This document shows positions 17,066 through 25,984 of a stretch of DNA of 32,000 bases, in pieces. Where the stretch lies: positions 360,001 through 392,000 of the forward strand of contig NC_011979.1 in assembly GCF_000022265.1 (NCBI RefSeq). The letters are read 5' to 3'. Below the pieces are notes generated by a model. That model did not search any database. It was not told where the DNA came from and worked only from the letters and a program-made list of their open reading frames with translations. The position numbers and the translations under genes are program-made. The DNA is from Geotalea daltonii FRC-32. Lineage in GTDB: Bacteria; Desulfobacterota; Desulfuromonadia; Geobacterales; Geobacteraceae. How positions within the stretch are numbered: position 1 is the first letter of the stretch; each line of letters starts with the position of its first letter.

Positions 17066-18847
17066 ATGACAAAACCCGAAACCCACATGCCATCCCAGGC
17101 TGGATCCATATCGGCAGAGCCAAGCCGGGCGTGCTTCAGTCCCGGCAGGGAGGATGTCCTGATTATGGCCGCCATGGTCGTCATCTATCTGCTGATAGCA
17201 CTCCCTAATCTGGGCAGCTTCAAGGTGCCTGCCACCGTCTGGCAACCCTTGCGGAAGGGAGAATCACTGGTCCTTGATCTGGGGCGTGAGGTTCCCGTTT
17301 CCAGGATTTATTATTACTGCGGTATCAACGACAAGCGATTTCAGCAGACAAGCTTTTCCCTTGATTATGAAACAAAGGGCAGATTCCGCCCCTTGGCCCA
17401 TTTCGAAAAGAATGACTGCAATATCTGGAAGTTCCAGGACGCAGGCGTTACAACCTCCCGATTGCGGATAGTAGCGGATACTGCCGGCGGCGCCCTGAAC
17501 GAACTGGTCGTTCTGGAAAAGGGAGCGCAGGTCCCGCTGGCCGGGATGAGGATTTCGGCTCTTAACTCCGCCGGTACTGAACCGCAGCATCTGCTGGATG
17601 AGCAGTCTACCTTCGAAGCTGGCCCCTCCTTTATCAACGGGTTCTATTTCGATGAGGTATACCACGGCAGGACGGCCTACGAGCATCTGCAGCGGATGGA
17701 GCCTTACGAGAACACCCACCCCCCCCTGGGAAAACTGTTCATTGCTTCAGGCATAGCAGTTTTCGGCATGAACTCTTTCGGCTGGCGCATAGCAGGAACC
17801 CTGTTCGGTGCGGCACTGCTGCCGGTCATGTATCTTTTCGGCAGGAAGCTGTTCGGCAGGTCTTTTTTCGCTTTCTGCGCCGCTTTTCTGATGATGGTGG
17901 ACTTCATGCACTTCACCCAGTCGAGGATCGCACTGATCGACATTTTCGGCGTCTTCTTCATCACCGCGATGTATTATTTCATCCATGATTTCTACGTGAA
18001 CAGCTGCCCCATGGCTCCCATAAAAAAGAGCGCGGTCCCGTTGATCCTGGGTGGGGTTTGCTTCGGGCTCGGCGCAGCATCCAAGTGGATCGCCATCTAT
18101 GCCGGGGCAGGGCTGGCCCTGCTGGTGGCCCTGCAGCTCTTCCGCAGTTTCAGGAATTATCGGGGAGAACTCGGAACGCACCGCTTTTTCTGGTGTTACC
18201 TGTTGCCTGTCATCTGTGTCTGCCTGTTTTCCTTCCTGGTAATCCCGGCAATCATCTACCTTCTGTCCTACCTTCCCTATCTGATGGTTGAGGGGGAAAC
18301 GCACGGGTTCATGGACATACTGCGAAACCAGCTGGACATGTTCGACTACCACAGCGGGCTTAAGGCCACCCATCCGTTTTCTTCCCCCTGGTGGAGCTGG
18401 CCGCTTGATCTTCAGCCGGTCTGGTTTTACACCGCGTCCGGTCTTCTTCCCGGCCGGACCTCGACCATCGCATCTTTCGGTAATCCCGCCATCTGGTGGA
18501 CCGGTCTACCGGCAGTCATAGCCGCTGTCATCATTGCCGCCAGGAAGCGGGAGCGGCGGATGGCCGTCATCTTTACCGCCTTCGCCTTTCAGTATCTGCC
18601 GTGGATGTTCGTCACGCGGCTGACATTCATTTACCACTTCTTTTCAGCAGTGCCGTTCATGATCCTGTGTCAGGTATATGTAATCCAGCAGGCCATGGAG
18701 AGGTGGCCCAAGGCACGGTGGGCGGTCAGTGGCTATTTGACCGTTGCCGGACTGCTGTTCATTATCTTCTATCCTGCCCTGTCGGGAATGGAAGTCTCAA
18801 CGGACTATATCGACAGGCTGAGGTGGCTCAAAAGCTGGATATTCTAA
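17066..18847 (+). CDS. GT39 / PMT-family polyprenyl-phosphate-mannose:protein mannosyltransferase-like GT-C enzyme, with an extra N-terminal soluble domain
   Basis: The loop-1 DE motif and surroundings YFDEVYHGRTAYEHL...ENTHPPLGKL are diagnostic of PMT/GT39. More than 10 TM segments. A ~110-aa domain after TM1 (...VSRIYYYCG...SRLRIVADTAGGALNELVVLE) resembles a galactose-binding/discoidin-like fold. Start chosen at ATG 17066; track start 17021 overlaps the tolC-like gene. Confidence 0.75.
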   Translation: MTKPETHMPSQAGSISAEPSRACFSPGREDVLIMAAMVVIYLLIALPNLGSFKVPATVWQPLRKGESLVLDLGREVPVSRIYYYCGINDKRFQQTSFSLDYETKGRFRPLAHFEKNDCNIWKFQDAGVTTSRLRIVADTAGGALNELVVLEKGAQVPLAGMRISALNSAGTEPQHLLDEQSTFEAGPSFINGFYFDEVYHGRTAYEHLQRMEPYENTHPPLGKLFIASGIAVFGMNSFGWRIAGTLFGAALLPVMYLFGRKLFGRSFFAFCAAFLMMVDFMHFTQSRIALIDIFGVFFITAMYYFIHDFYVNSCPMAPIKKSAVPLILGGVCFGLGAASKWIAIYAGAGLALLVALQLFRSFRNYRGELGTHRFFWCYLLPVICVCLFSFLVIPAIIYLLSYLPYLMVEGETHGFMDILRNQLDMFDYHSGLKATHPFSSPWWSWPLDLQPVWFYTASGLLPGRTSTIASFGNPAIWWTGLPAVIAAVIIAARKRERRMAVIFTAFAFQYLPWMFVTRLTFIYHFFSAVPFMILCQVYVIQQAMERWPKARWAVSGYLTVAGLLFIIFYPALSGMEVSTDYIDRLRWLKSWIF

Positions 18848-18862
18848 GGACCGGAGGTCACT

Positions 18863-19825
18863 ATGTCTGAAGCGACAAAGTTTTCAATCGTGGTGCCGGT
18901 GTTTAACGAAGAAAAAGTCCTTCCCGAGACCTACAGACGGCTCCATGAAGTGATGGAGGGGCTGAACGAGCCCTACGAGATTATCTTCGTCAACGACGGC
19001 AGCTCCGACCGCACCATGTTCATACTCGACAATATCTGCGAGCAGGATCGGCACATCAGGATTATCGACTTCGCCAAGAATTTCGGCCACCAGACTGCCA
19101 TCACCGCAGGGATGGACTATGCGGACGGCGACGCGGTAGTGGTCATCGATGCCGACCTTCAGGACCCGCCGGAACTGATACCGCAGATGATCGACCGCTG
19201 GCGGGAGGGGTATGACGTGGTCTACGGCAAGCGGAAAGAACGCAAGGGGGAAACCCTTTTCAAAAGGTTCTCGGCAGCCCTTTTTTATCGGCTGATGCGC
19301 AAAATGACCGATGTGGATATCCCCGTGGATACCGGCGACTTCAGGCTGATCGACCGCAGGGTCTGTGACGCCCTCAAATCCATCAAGGAGAGAAACCGCT
19401 ATATCAGGGGCATCATCAGCTGGCTCGGTTTCAGGCAGATCGGCGTGGAATTTTCCCGCGAGGAGCGCTTTGCCGGCGAGACCAAATACCCCATGAAGAA
19501 GATGCTCAAGTTCGCCTTCGACGCCATTACCTCCTTTTCCTTTAAGCCGCTGAAACTTTCATCCTACCTGGGGATGTCCCTGTCATTTTTCAGCTTCGTC
19601 TACCTGATGGTGGTGGTCTACCAGAAGTTCTTCACCGACCGGACCGTTGCCGGTTGGGCCTCCAGCATGGTCATCAGCCTCTTTTTCAACGGTATCGTGC
19701 TGATGATGCTGGGCATTGCCGGTGAGTACATCGGCAGGATCTATGACGAGACCAAGGGGAGACCCCTCTACGTGGTGCGCCGGGTTAGGAACTTCGCCGT
19801 GGAGAAGGACTGCCGGGGAAGGTAA
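18863..19825 (+). CDS. GT2 polyprenyl-phosphate sugar synthase (GtrB / Ppm1 / ArnC-like)
   Basis: GGAGG RBS. Motifs FSIVVPVFNEE, IIFVNDGSSD, VVIDADLQDPPE, GDFRLIDRR, and two C-terminal TM helices, the typical GtrB/DPM1 architecture. Confidence 0.85.
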   Translation: MSEATKFSIVVPVFNEEKVLPETYRRLHEVMEGLNEPYEIIFVNDGSSDRTMFILDNICEQDRHIRIIDFAKNFGHQTAITAGMDYADGDAVVVIDADLQDPPELIPQMIDRWREGYDVVYGKRKERKGETLFKRFSAALFYRLMRKMTDVDIPVDTGDFRLIDRRVCDALKSIKERNRYIRGIISWLGFRQIGVEFSREERFAGETKYPMKKMLKFAFDAITSFSFKPLKLSSYLGMSLSFFSFVYLMVVVYQKFFTDRTVAGWASSMVISLFFNGIVLMMLGIAGEYIGRIYDETKGRPLYVVRRVRNFAVEKDCRGR

Positions 19826-19833
19826 AACCTCCG

Positions 19834-21168
19834 TCATTCCGGCAGCAATCGACCTTCCTGGTTCGACCAGCTTCTGGCTATGCATCGCAACATGTAAAGA
19901 AACAGCAGCAGGTTAGCCATGGAAGTGCCGAGCAACAGTGGATCATTTCCGGGTATATGGGTAATCCCTCGGGTGCTGGCAATCAGCACATGGACCACAT
20001 TAATGTAGTGAGTGATGCTGAAACCGGTGAAGATGACGAGCAGCTGCATGCTCCCCGCATAAAGAGCAGCCAGGAGGGCAAAGATCAGCACCGGAAACAG
20101 ATAACGTTCGTGCATTCTGGCGGAAAAGATGAAAACGGCGGCAATGATGAACATGCCCATCAGGTACAATCTTGTTTCTTCGCTGGCGCAGAAATAGACT
20201 CTGAAAGCGAAAAGGGTTGCCAGGACGATAAAGAGGGTGCCCCAGCTCCGATAAGGGAAAAACAGCCAGGAGGCTGTTTCATTCGTGAAATTCGCTCCGC
20301 TCAGGGCGAACAGGTTGTAGGCATTCACCGTTGCATACGGATAAGAAGTCAGGGTGGCCCTGTAATGGTCGAAGACCCACAGGGGCCCTTCCTCCAGGGC
20401 GAAAGGCGCTACGCCCACCATGAATACCAAACCGCCTGCCGCAGCAGCCACTAATATCCGGGTCCATATCCCGTTGACCGGCTGCAGGAGCAGCCGGTCA
20501 ACGGCCGAAGCGAGCAGCAGGGGGGTAAAGATAAGCGCTTGTGGTTTGATCAGCAGCGCGACGACGAACCAGCTGACGGAGGAAGCAAGGTGGTTTCCGG
20601 TGAGGAAGAAGATGGAGAGCACGATGAAGAGGGTAAAAACCGCATCCACCTGTCCCCACACCGCCGAATCGAGGATCACTGCCGGATTGAAGCCGTACAT
20701 GAGGGCGACGGCAAGAGCCGCTTTTTTGCCGAAACGCAGATTCGCCAACCGGTAAAGCAGAAATGTGGTGAGCATGTCGGCAATGATCGCCGGCAGTTTT
20801 ATAAGTGCCAGAAAACCTGAGCCTCCATCCGGCAGGTCCAGCAGTTCCTTTAGCTTTCCGATGAGAAACAGCACGTACATGTAGCCCGGCGGGTAATCGG
20901 CAAAGAACCCCCCGGAATAGAATCCGGACAGATTTTCGGCAGCTCGCACTGCCCAGGCCTGAAAGGTTTGCACGTCGCAGCTATAGCCTTCCATGGAGGC
21001 GGCCAGAAGCAGTCTGATCACCAGCATAGTTGCCATGGCGAGCCAGACAAGCCATGGTCTCGGTTTAACGTCCTGCGTGCCGCTGACATGGAAGGCGTAT
21101 TTCCCGCCGATGCTCATACCTAGGGCAAACAGTACCGGAACCAGCCCGAGCAGGAGAAGCGATGCCAT
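19834..21168 (-). CDS. GT-C superfamily integral membrane glycosyltransferase (Gpi18/ArnT-related, DUF2029-like)
   Basis: 444 aa with about 11 TM segments. The N-terminal periplasmic loop CDVQTFQAWAVRAAENLSGFYSGGFFADYPPGYMYVL is typical of COG5542-type mannosyltransferases. GAGGTG RBS. A 9-nt gap follows the upstream gtrA-like gene. Confidence 0.55.
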   Translation of the reverse strand: MASLLLLGLVPVLFALGMSIGGKYAFHVSGTQDVKPRPWLVWLAMATMLVIRLLLAASMEGYSCDVQTFQAWAVRAAENLSGFYSGGFFADYPPGYMYVLFLIGKLKELLDLPDGGSGFLALIKLPAIIADMLTTFLLYRLANLRFGKKAALAVALMYGFNPAVILDSAVWGQVDAVFTLFIVLSIFFLTGNHLASSVSWFVVALLIKPQALIFTPLLLASAVDRLLLQPVNGIWTRILVAAAAGGLVFMVGVAPFALEEGPLWVFDHYRATLTSYPYATVNAYNLFALSGANFTNETASWLFFPYRSWGTLFIVLATLFAFRVYFCASEETRLYLMGMFIIAAVFIFSARMHERYLFPVLIFALLAALYAGSMQLLVIFTGFSITHYINVVHVLIASTRGITHIPGNDPLLLGTSMANLLLFLYMLRCIARSWSNQEGRLLPE

Positions 21169-21177
21169 TTTAACACC

Positions 21178-21624
21178 TCATGGGTCAATGGGCTTGGTCT
21201 CGGGCCTGAAGACCAGCTGCCTGCTGCCGAAGAAGCTAAACAGCATTGTCAGAATGGTTGCGGCGATCTTTGATGTCAGGAGAGAAAAGTTCAGCGTGGA
21301 ATGGAACAGATAGACGAGCAGCACCGATATTCCCAGGGCGGTCAGGCTGACCATGGCAAATCGTAGCATTTCTGCTGATTTGATGCCTGTCATGCCGAAA
21401 GTCCAGTATTTGTTGAAAAAATAGCTATTGGCAATGCCGCAGCTGTATGAGCAGGTCTGGGCCAGCAGGTAAGGCATGCCCAGCATGTCCAGGAGAAAGA
21501 ACAGGCTGAAATCCACTGTCGTATTGAGGATACCGACCAGGTTGAAGCGGGTCAATTGCCTCACTAATGTTGACAGTGTCTCAGGCTGCCTGCTTGAGAA
21601 TGCTTTCCCACCCTGTGCCCCCAT
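21178..21624 (-). CDS. GtrA-family small membrane protein (candidate polyprenyl-phosphate-sugar translocase)
   Basis: Four TM helices. LTRFNLVGILNTTVDFSLFFLL and NSYFFNKYWTF are GtrA signatures. Start is uncertain: ATG 21624 chosen, track gives TTG 21642. Confidence 0.75.
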   Translation of the reverse strand: MGAQGGKAFSSRQPETLSTLVRQLTRFNLVGILNTTVDFSLFFLLDMLGMPYLLAQTCSYSCGIANSYFFNKYWTFGMTGIKSAEMLRFAMVSLTALGISVLLVYLFHSTLNFSLLTSKIAATILTMLFSFFGSRQLVFRPETKPIDP

Positions 21625-21686
21625 TTTTAAACTATACCGCAACTTGGAAATGATACTATTTTAATATTATGTATTTAGAGCCACCC

Positions 21687-21714
21687 TTGACATGGAGTTG
21701 CCCGTCAGTAGAAT
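21687..21714 (+). promoter_or_regulatory. Sigma-70-type promoter for the Pro-Thr-rich cytochrome gene
   Basis: TTGACA (21687-21692), 16-bp spacer, TAGAAT (21709-21714). It predicts a ~95-nt leader before ATG 21816. Confidence 0.5.
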
Positions 21715-21815
21715 GCATAGTATGGGTATATTCTAATTTTGCCTGCAACTGAGGAAACCGACGACAATCGGAAGCACGGCGCTACGGGGCCTACTAAAAA
21801 AAGGAGGTACACAGC

Positions 21816-22457
21816 ATGCTGAGACTGAAGAAAACCCTGGCGATCCTGATATGCATGAGCTTCCTGCAATCAGGAGCAATGGCGGTGGCCAATGATGATG
21901 AAGATCGAGGTAAAGCTACAGGTGGCAGCACCTATGACCGTGATCGTGACAATGACCGGGACCGGGACAATGACCGGGAACGGGATGATGACCGAGACCG
22001 AGACAGGGATAAGAAAAAGGACCGACGTCATAGACCGCATAAGTCTCCGACACCAAGCCCAAAGCCAGTGGTAAGCCCGACACCAAAACCGAGTCCGACG
22101 CCAACACCGACGCCAACACCGACGCCAACGGCAACACCGACACCTAAACCAAGCCCGACACCAACTCCGACTCCAACGGCAACACCAACACCGGCACCAA
22201 CGGCAACACCAACACCGACACCAACACCGACACCGACACCGACACCGACACCTAAACCAACTCCGACTCCAACTCCAGCCGCCTCCGGTGCAACCCTTTA
22301 CCAGACCTACTGCTCAGGTTGCCATGGCTCACCGACAGGGAAAGGATGGAGTGCAAGCGCGATCCAGTCGGCCATAAACAACAACAGGGGTGGAATGGGC
22401 TTCCTTTCCACATTGACCTCAAGTCAAATCCAGGCGATTTCAACTGTAACCAAGTAA
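21816..22457 (+). CDS. Secreted monoheme c-type cytochrome with N-terminal Asp/Arg alternating tract and long Pro-Thr linker
   Basis: AGGAGG RBS. Signal peptide ending AMA|[35 protein letters not shown] (residues 41-73). A ~78-residue (S/T)P tract (residues 77-154). C-terminal [10 protein letters not shown]...[22 protein letters not shown] heme domain. Confidence 0.85.
   Translation: MLRLKKTLAILICMSFLQSGAMAVANDDEDRGKATGGSTYDRDRDNDRDRDNDRERDDDRDRDRDKKKDRRHRPHKSPTPSPKPVVSPTPKPSPTPTPTPTPTPTATPTPKPSPTPTPTPTATPTPAPTATPTPTPTPTPTPTPTPKPTPTPTPAASGATLYQTYCSGCHGSPTGKGWSASAIQSAINNNRGGMGFLSTLTSSQIQAISTVTK
21936..22034 (+). repeat. Coding low-complexity repeat encoding the alternating Asp-Arg tract
   Basis: Imperfect tandem copies of gacaatgaccggga(c/a)cggga and gaccgaga(c). 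They translate to an (D-R)n polyampholyte. Confidence 0.8.
22044..22277 (+). repeat. Coding microsatellite-like repeat (acaccgac/acgccaac units) encoding the (Thr-Pro)n linker
   Basis: Runs of ACN-CCN dicodons. By my count the translation has about 28 Thr and 5 Ser, alternating with Pro. Confidence 0.85.
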
Positions 22458-22474
22458 GAGGATCCGGGGAAAGC

Positions 22475-22505
22475 AACGGGGCTCCTGCCAGAGCCCCGTT
22501 TTTTA
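22475..22505 (+). terminator. Rho-independent terminator after the PT-rich cytochrome gene
   Basis: 10-bp GC-rich stem aacggggctc/gagccccgtt (22475-22484 pairs with 22491-22500), loop ctgcca, T-run to 22505. Confidence 0.75.
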
Positions 22506-22585
22506 TTTGTTCCGGTTGTATGACGCGTTGACAGCTACCACTAACCTCATGGTCCTCAAGGTCAGGCAACTGCAGGTCTGTTCCA

Positions 22586-23977
22586 TCAGCTCTTTCCTGC
22601 TGCCTTGATCTCGAAGATGCGAACCAGACCCGGGGTCAGTTTTACCTTTTCCAGCGTTTTGCCGTTATACGACCTGAACGGCAACGGCGAGCCGTCCAGG
22701 GCATATTCCACGACCGCCGATCCCGGTCGGGGATGGAGCCGCAGCGTCGGTTCTCCCTTCTTGTCCCAGACAAAGAGGACCTGGCTTCCATCGGGCCTGA
22801 CGAAGAGGTGGCTGTACAGTTCCACCTTTTTCCCGCTGGTAACCTCAACCTTCAGTTCCCGGTCGGCAATGGTCAAGTTGCCCACATCGAGCAGGCCGAT
22901 CAGGCGTTTGATGGTGAAGAACGCCATTTTTCGCGTTCTGTCGGGACGACTGATACCAAGGTAATAGTTTTCCCCCCCGCCGATGACCGTTTCGGACTGT
23001 TTGCGCTCCTTGATCTGATAGATACCCAGATGTTCCACCCGGGGGGAAGCCAGGAATGTGGCGAAGGCCCGTGCCCACCAGTTAGCCTGGTCGGTTTCGC
23101 TTTTCCCCGGCGTGTTGGCGAAGCCGGCCTCATTGATCCAGATCGGCTTTCTGCCGCAGTACTGGTCGGCCCAAGGGATGAAGGTGCCCTGGAAATGATT
23201 GGGGTAACCCTGGTCAAGATAGTTTTCCAGCACGATATTCTTTTCCGTCCAGGTCTCAGGATAGGCATGGAAGGGAAGAATGTGAAAGCTGTCGCCGCTG
23301 CCGTACTCGTCACAGGCTGCTTTGACCCAGTCGGCGTCGGGGTAGACCATGCCGCCAAAGATAACCGGCTTGGTCCGGTCGCTGCTGCGTATGGCCTCAG
23401 CCCCTTTCTGCAGTACCTGGTTATACTGCTCCGCCGTGCCGTCCCACCACTGTCGCACGTTTTCCTCATTGTAAATTTCGTAGGAGAGGATGTTCTTTTG
23501 GCTGGCCAGGGCACCGCTAAGGTGTGAAACGAAATTGCTCCAGTCCTGGAGCCGGGCCGGAGGGTCGTTCCAGGCTTCCTTGTCGGTTCCTCCCCCTGCA
23601 GCCCATGGAGCGGTATAACCGATGTAGGGGCGCAGGCTCATGCCATGTTGCGTAGCGAGCTCGACAAACTGGCGCAGCCACTTGAAATCGTACTGCCCCT
23701 GAGCAGGTTCGTAATCACCCCAAGCCAGGCTTCCCCTCCAGGTGGTCAGCCCCAGTTCCTTCATCAGCCTGAAGTCCTTCGCCACCTCCTCCAGGTCTTC
23801 CCCCTTTACGTAATCCTGCAGGATGCTGAATGAAACCGGCTTGGTGAATGCTTGAGCGGCGCCGGCAGCAGTAGTGCTTCCACCACCGGCAGTGCCATGG
23901 GCGCCCATGGGGTGGTGACAGCAGGCGCTGGAGAACAGCAGAAACAATGAGACTACAACAGTCGTCACTTTTTGCAT
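22586..23977 (-). CDS. Clan GH-A (beta/alpha)8 glycoside hydrolase, probable lipoprotein (GH5/GH39/GH42-like; family not resolved)
   Basis: GAGGTG lies 5 nt before ATG 23977. Signal/lipobox-like LLFSSACC. Motifs TWRGSLAWGDYEPAQGQYDF, acid/base candidate YEIYNEEN, nucleophile candidate PIWINEAGF. C-terminal beta-sandwich-like tail. Confidence 0.65.
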   Translation of the reverse strand: MQKVTTVVVSLFLLFSSACCHHPMGAHGTAGGGSTTAAGAAQAFTKPVSFSILQDYVKGEDLEEVAKDFRLMKELGLTTWRGSLAWGDYEPAQGQYDFKWLRQFVELATQHGMSLRPYIGYTAPWAAGGGTDKEAWNDPPARLQDWSNFVSHLSGALASQKNILSYEIYNEENVRQWWDGTAEQYNQVLQKGAEAIRSSDRTKPVIFGGMVYPDADWVKAACDEYGSGDSFHILPFHAYPETWTEKNIVLENYLDQGYPNHFQGTFIPWADQYCGRKPIWINEAGFANTPGKSETDQANWWARAFATFLASPRVEHLGIYQIKERKQSETVIGGGENYYLGISRPDRTRKMAFFTIKRLIGLLDVGNLTIADRELKVEVTSGKKVELYSHLFVRPDGSQVLFVWDKKGEPTLRLHPRPGSAVVEYALDGSPLPFRSYNGKTLEKVKLTPGLVRIFEIKAAGKS

Positions 23978-24109
23978 CTCATCACCTCGGCATTTTATTG
24001 GCATCAATAAGTTAAAGTATAGCAGAGACTAAAGGCGGCGCTGCTGTTACTGCTACCTGCGTGACGGGGCTCACTTCCTTCGTGACGGGATTCCTGCAGA
24101 CTGTCGGGT

Positions 24110-25924
24110 ATGGAAACGATAATACAAAAGACAAAAGACGGGATTCTTGCCAAGGTGGCCGGTCTTGCCGGACTGGATCGAGTGAAATTGACGCAGATGA
24201 GGCGTGCCATCGGTTTTGTCACCCCCCATCGCAGAACCGTTGCCATAATTCTGGCCATAATGCCGGTTATTGCCGCCCTTGGTGCCCTGGAACCGCTTAT
24301 CTACAAGCTGGTGTTCGACCGCCTGGCAGGCAATAAAGGGCTCGCCAGCGTGCTTTTGGCGGTAGGCGCCATTATGCTGGCAGCGCTGATCAGGGAAGGA
24401 TTCAACGCCATCTCCAACCGTCTCAGCTGGAAAGTGCGGCTTGCAGTGAATTATCAGCTCCTCGATGCCACAACCAGCCGCCTGCACGCGTTACCCCTTT
24501 CCTATCACCGTGGTGAGACGGTCGGCGGCCTGATGACCCGGCTCAATCATGGCATCAACGGCTTCGTCGCCGCCGTTGCCGATATTGCCTTCGGTATCCT
24601 GCCGGGGCTGATGTACCTGGCCATCTCGGTGGTGGTCATGGTTCGCCTGGACTGGCGGTTGTCGCTGGTGGTGATCCTCTTTGCGCCGCTCCCCGCCCTG
24701 ATCGGCGTATTTGCCTCCAAAGAGCAGACCGCCCGGGAAAGCTCCCTGCTCTATCGGTGGGGGGTGGTCTTCTCCCGCTTCAACGAAGTCTTGGCGGGAA
24801 TCGTCACCGTCAAGAGCTTTGCCATGGAAGACGCTGAACGGAAACGATTCATGGGCGACGTGTCCGAAGCCCACGGTATCGTCAGGAGAGGGGTGGCCAC
24901 CGACACCAAGATAGGGGCAACCCAGAACCTTGTGGTGATGCTGGCCAAGGCATGTTCCATCGGCTGCGCCGTATATCTTATTTCCCGTGGTGAAACGACG
25001 GTGGGCACATTGATGGCCTTCCTCGGCTACCAGGGGGGTCTGTTCGGCCCGGTCAACAGCCTGACCAGTATCTACCAGACCCTGCGCAAGGCGACCATCT
25101 CCTTCGACATCATTTTTTCCATTCTCGATGCCGAAGACAGGCTGCAGGACGCGCCACATGCGGTGGCGGTGCAGCAGGTCAAGGGGGAGGTTCTTTTTCG
25201 CAATGTCCACTTTGCCTATAATGAGGACAGGACCATTCTCAGCAACATAAATCTTCATGTGCAGCCCGGGGAGACGGTGGCCATCGTCGGTCCGAGCGGT
25301 TCGGGAAAGACTACCCTCATCTCGCTGCTGCAGCGATTCTACGATCCCACCTCCGGCTCCATCAGGCTGGATGGGGTGGATCTGCGCTTCCTGCAGCAGC
25401 GTTCGCTCAGGCAGCAGATCGGCGTCGTCCTCCAGGACGCCCTGGTCTTCAACGACACCATCCGCAACAACATCGCCTACGGCAAGCCCGATGCGACCAA
25501 GGCCGAGATCGAAGCGGCGGCGGTGGCGGCCAACGCTCACAAGTTCATCTGCCAGCTCCCCGGCGGCTACGATTTTATAGTGGGTGAACGGGGCAGCCGC
25601 ATCTCCGTAGGTGAACGGCAGCGGATCAGCATTGCCAGGGCCCTGTTGAAGAACCCCTCCCTTCTCATCCTCGACGAGGCGACCTCGGCACTGGACGCGG
25701 AATCGGAGGCCCTGGTGCAGGATGCCCTGGACAGGCTGATCAAAGGCCGGACCAGCTTCATCATTGCCCACCGCCTCTCCACCATCGTCGGCGCCGACCG
25801 CATCCTGGTCTTGAAAGACGGCCATATCATCGAGTCGGATACCCATCAAGCCCTCATGGAGCAGGGGGGCTACTACGCATCCCTGGTGGAATGCCAGTCG
25901 CGGGGGTTGCTGCTGGCCAGCTAA
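24110..25924 (+). CDS. MsbA-like half-size ABC exporter (fused TMD-NBD)
   Basis: Six-TM N-terminal domain. Walker A GPSGSGKTT, Q-loop, signature VGERGSRISVGERQR, Walker B LLILDEATSALD, H-loop IIAHRLST. Confidence 0.9.
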   Translation: METIIQKTKDGILAKVAGLAGLDRVKLTQMRRAIGFVTPHRRTVAIILAIMPVIAALGALEPLIYKLVFDRLAGNKGLASVLLAVGAIMLAALIREGFNAISNRLSWKVRLAVNYQLLDATTSRLHALPLSYHRGETVGGLMTRLNHGINGFVAAVADIAFGILPGLMYLAISVVVMVRLDWRLSLVVILFAPLPALIGVFASKEQTARESSLLYRWGVVFSRFNEVLAGIVTVKSFAMEDAERKRFMGDVSEAHGIVRRGVATDTKIGATQNLVVMLAKACSIGCAVYLISRGETTVGTLMAFLGYQGGLFGPVNSLTSIYQTLRKATISFDIIFSILDAEDRLQDAPHAVAVQQVKGEVLFRNVHFAYNEDRTILSNINLHVQPGETVAIVGPSGSGKTTLISLLQRFYDPTSGSIRLDGVDLRFLQQRSLRQQIGVVLQDALVFNDTIRNNIAYGKPDATKAEIEAAAVAANAHKFICQLPGGYDFIVGERGSRISVGERQRISIARALLKNPSLLILDEATSALDAESEALVQDALDRLIKGRTSFIIAHRLSTIVGADRILVLKDGHIIESDTHQALMEQGGYYASLVECQSRGLLLAS

Positions 25925-25948
25925 GAGAAATTTACCTGTTGAAGCACG

Positions 25949-25984
25949 AAAAAGGGACCGGCCATATGGAGGGTCCTTTTTTTT
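25949..25984 (+). terminator. Rho-independent terminator after the ABC exporter gene
   Basis: The aaaaagggacc / ggtcctttttt stem has one G-U pair, followed by T8. Confidence 0.6.

Noticed and set aside
21721-21815. Possible GEMM-I (c-di-GMP/cGAMP) riboswitch in the ~95-nt leader of the PT-rich cytochrome gene and upstream of the other cytochrome genes, as is known for some Geobacter cytochromes.
   Set aside because: I could not find the conserved GEMM core elements (tetraloop/receptor, ACGCAAAGC-type segment) by eye. Only a 4-bp hairpin is present. An Rfam covariance search would be needed to exclude it fully.
22044-22277. Highly repetitive short-period DNA that could be mistaken for a CRISPR array or a non-coding satellite.
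   Set aside because: The period is 6 nt (Thr-Pro dicodons). It lies inside an uninterrupted ORF with a signal peptide and a heme domain. There is no repeat-spacer architecture.
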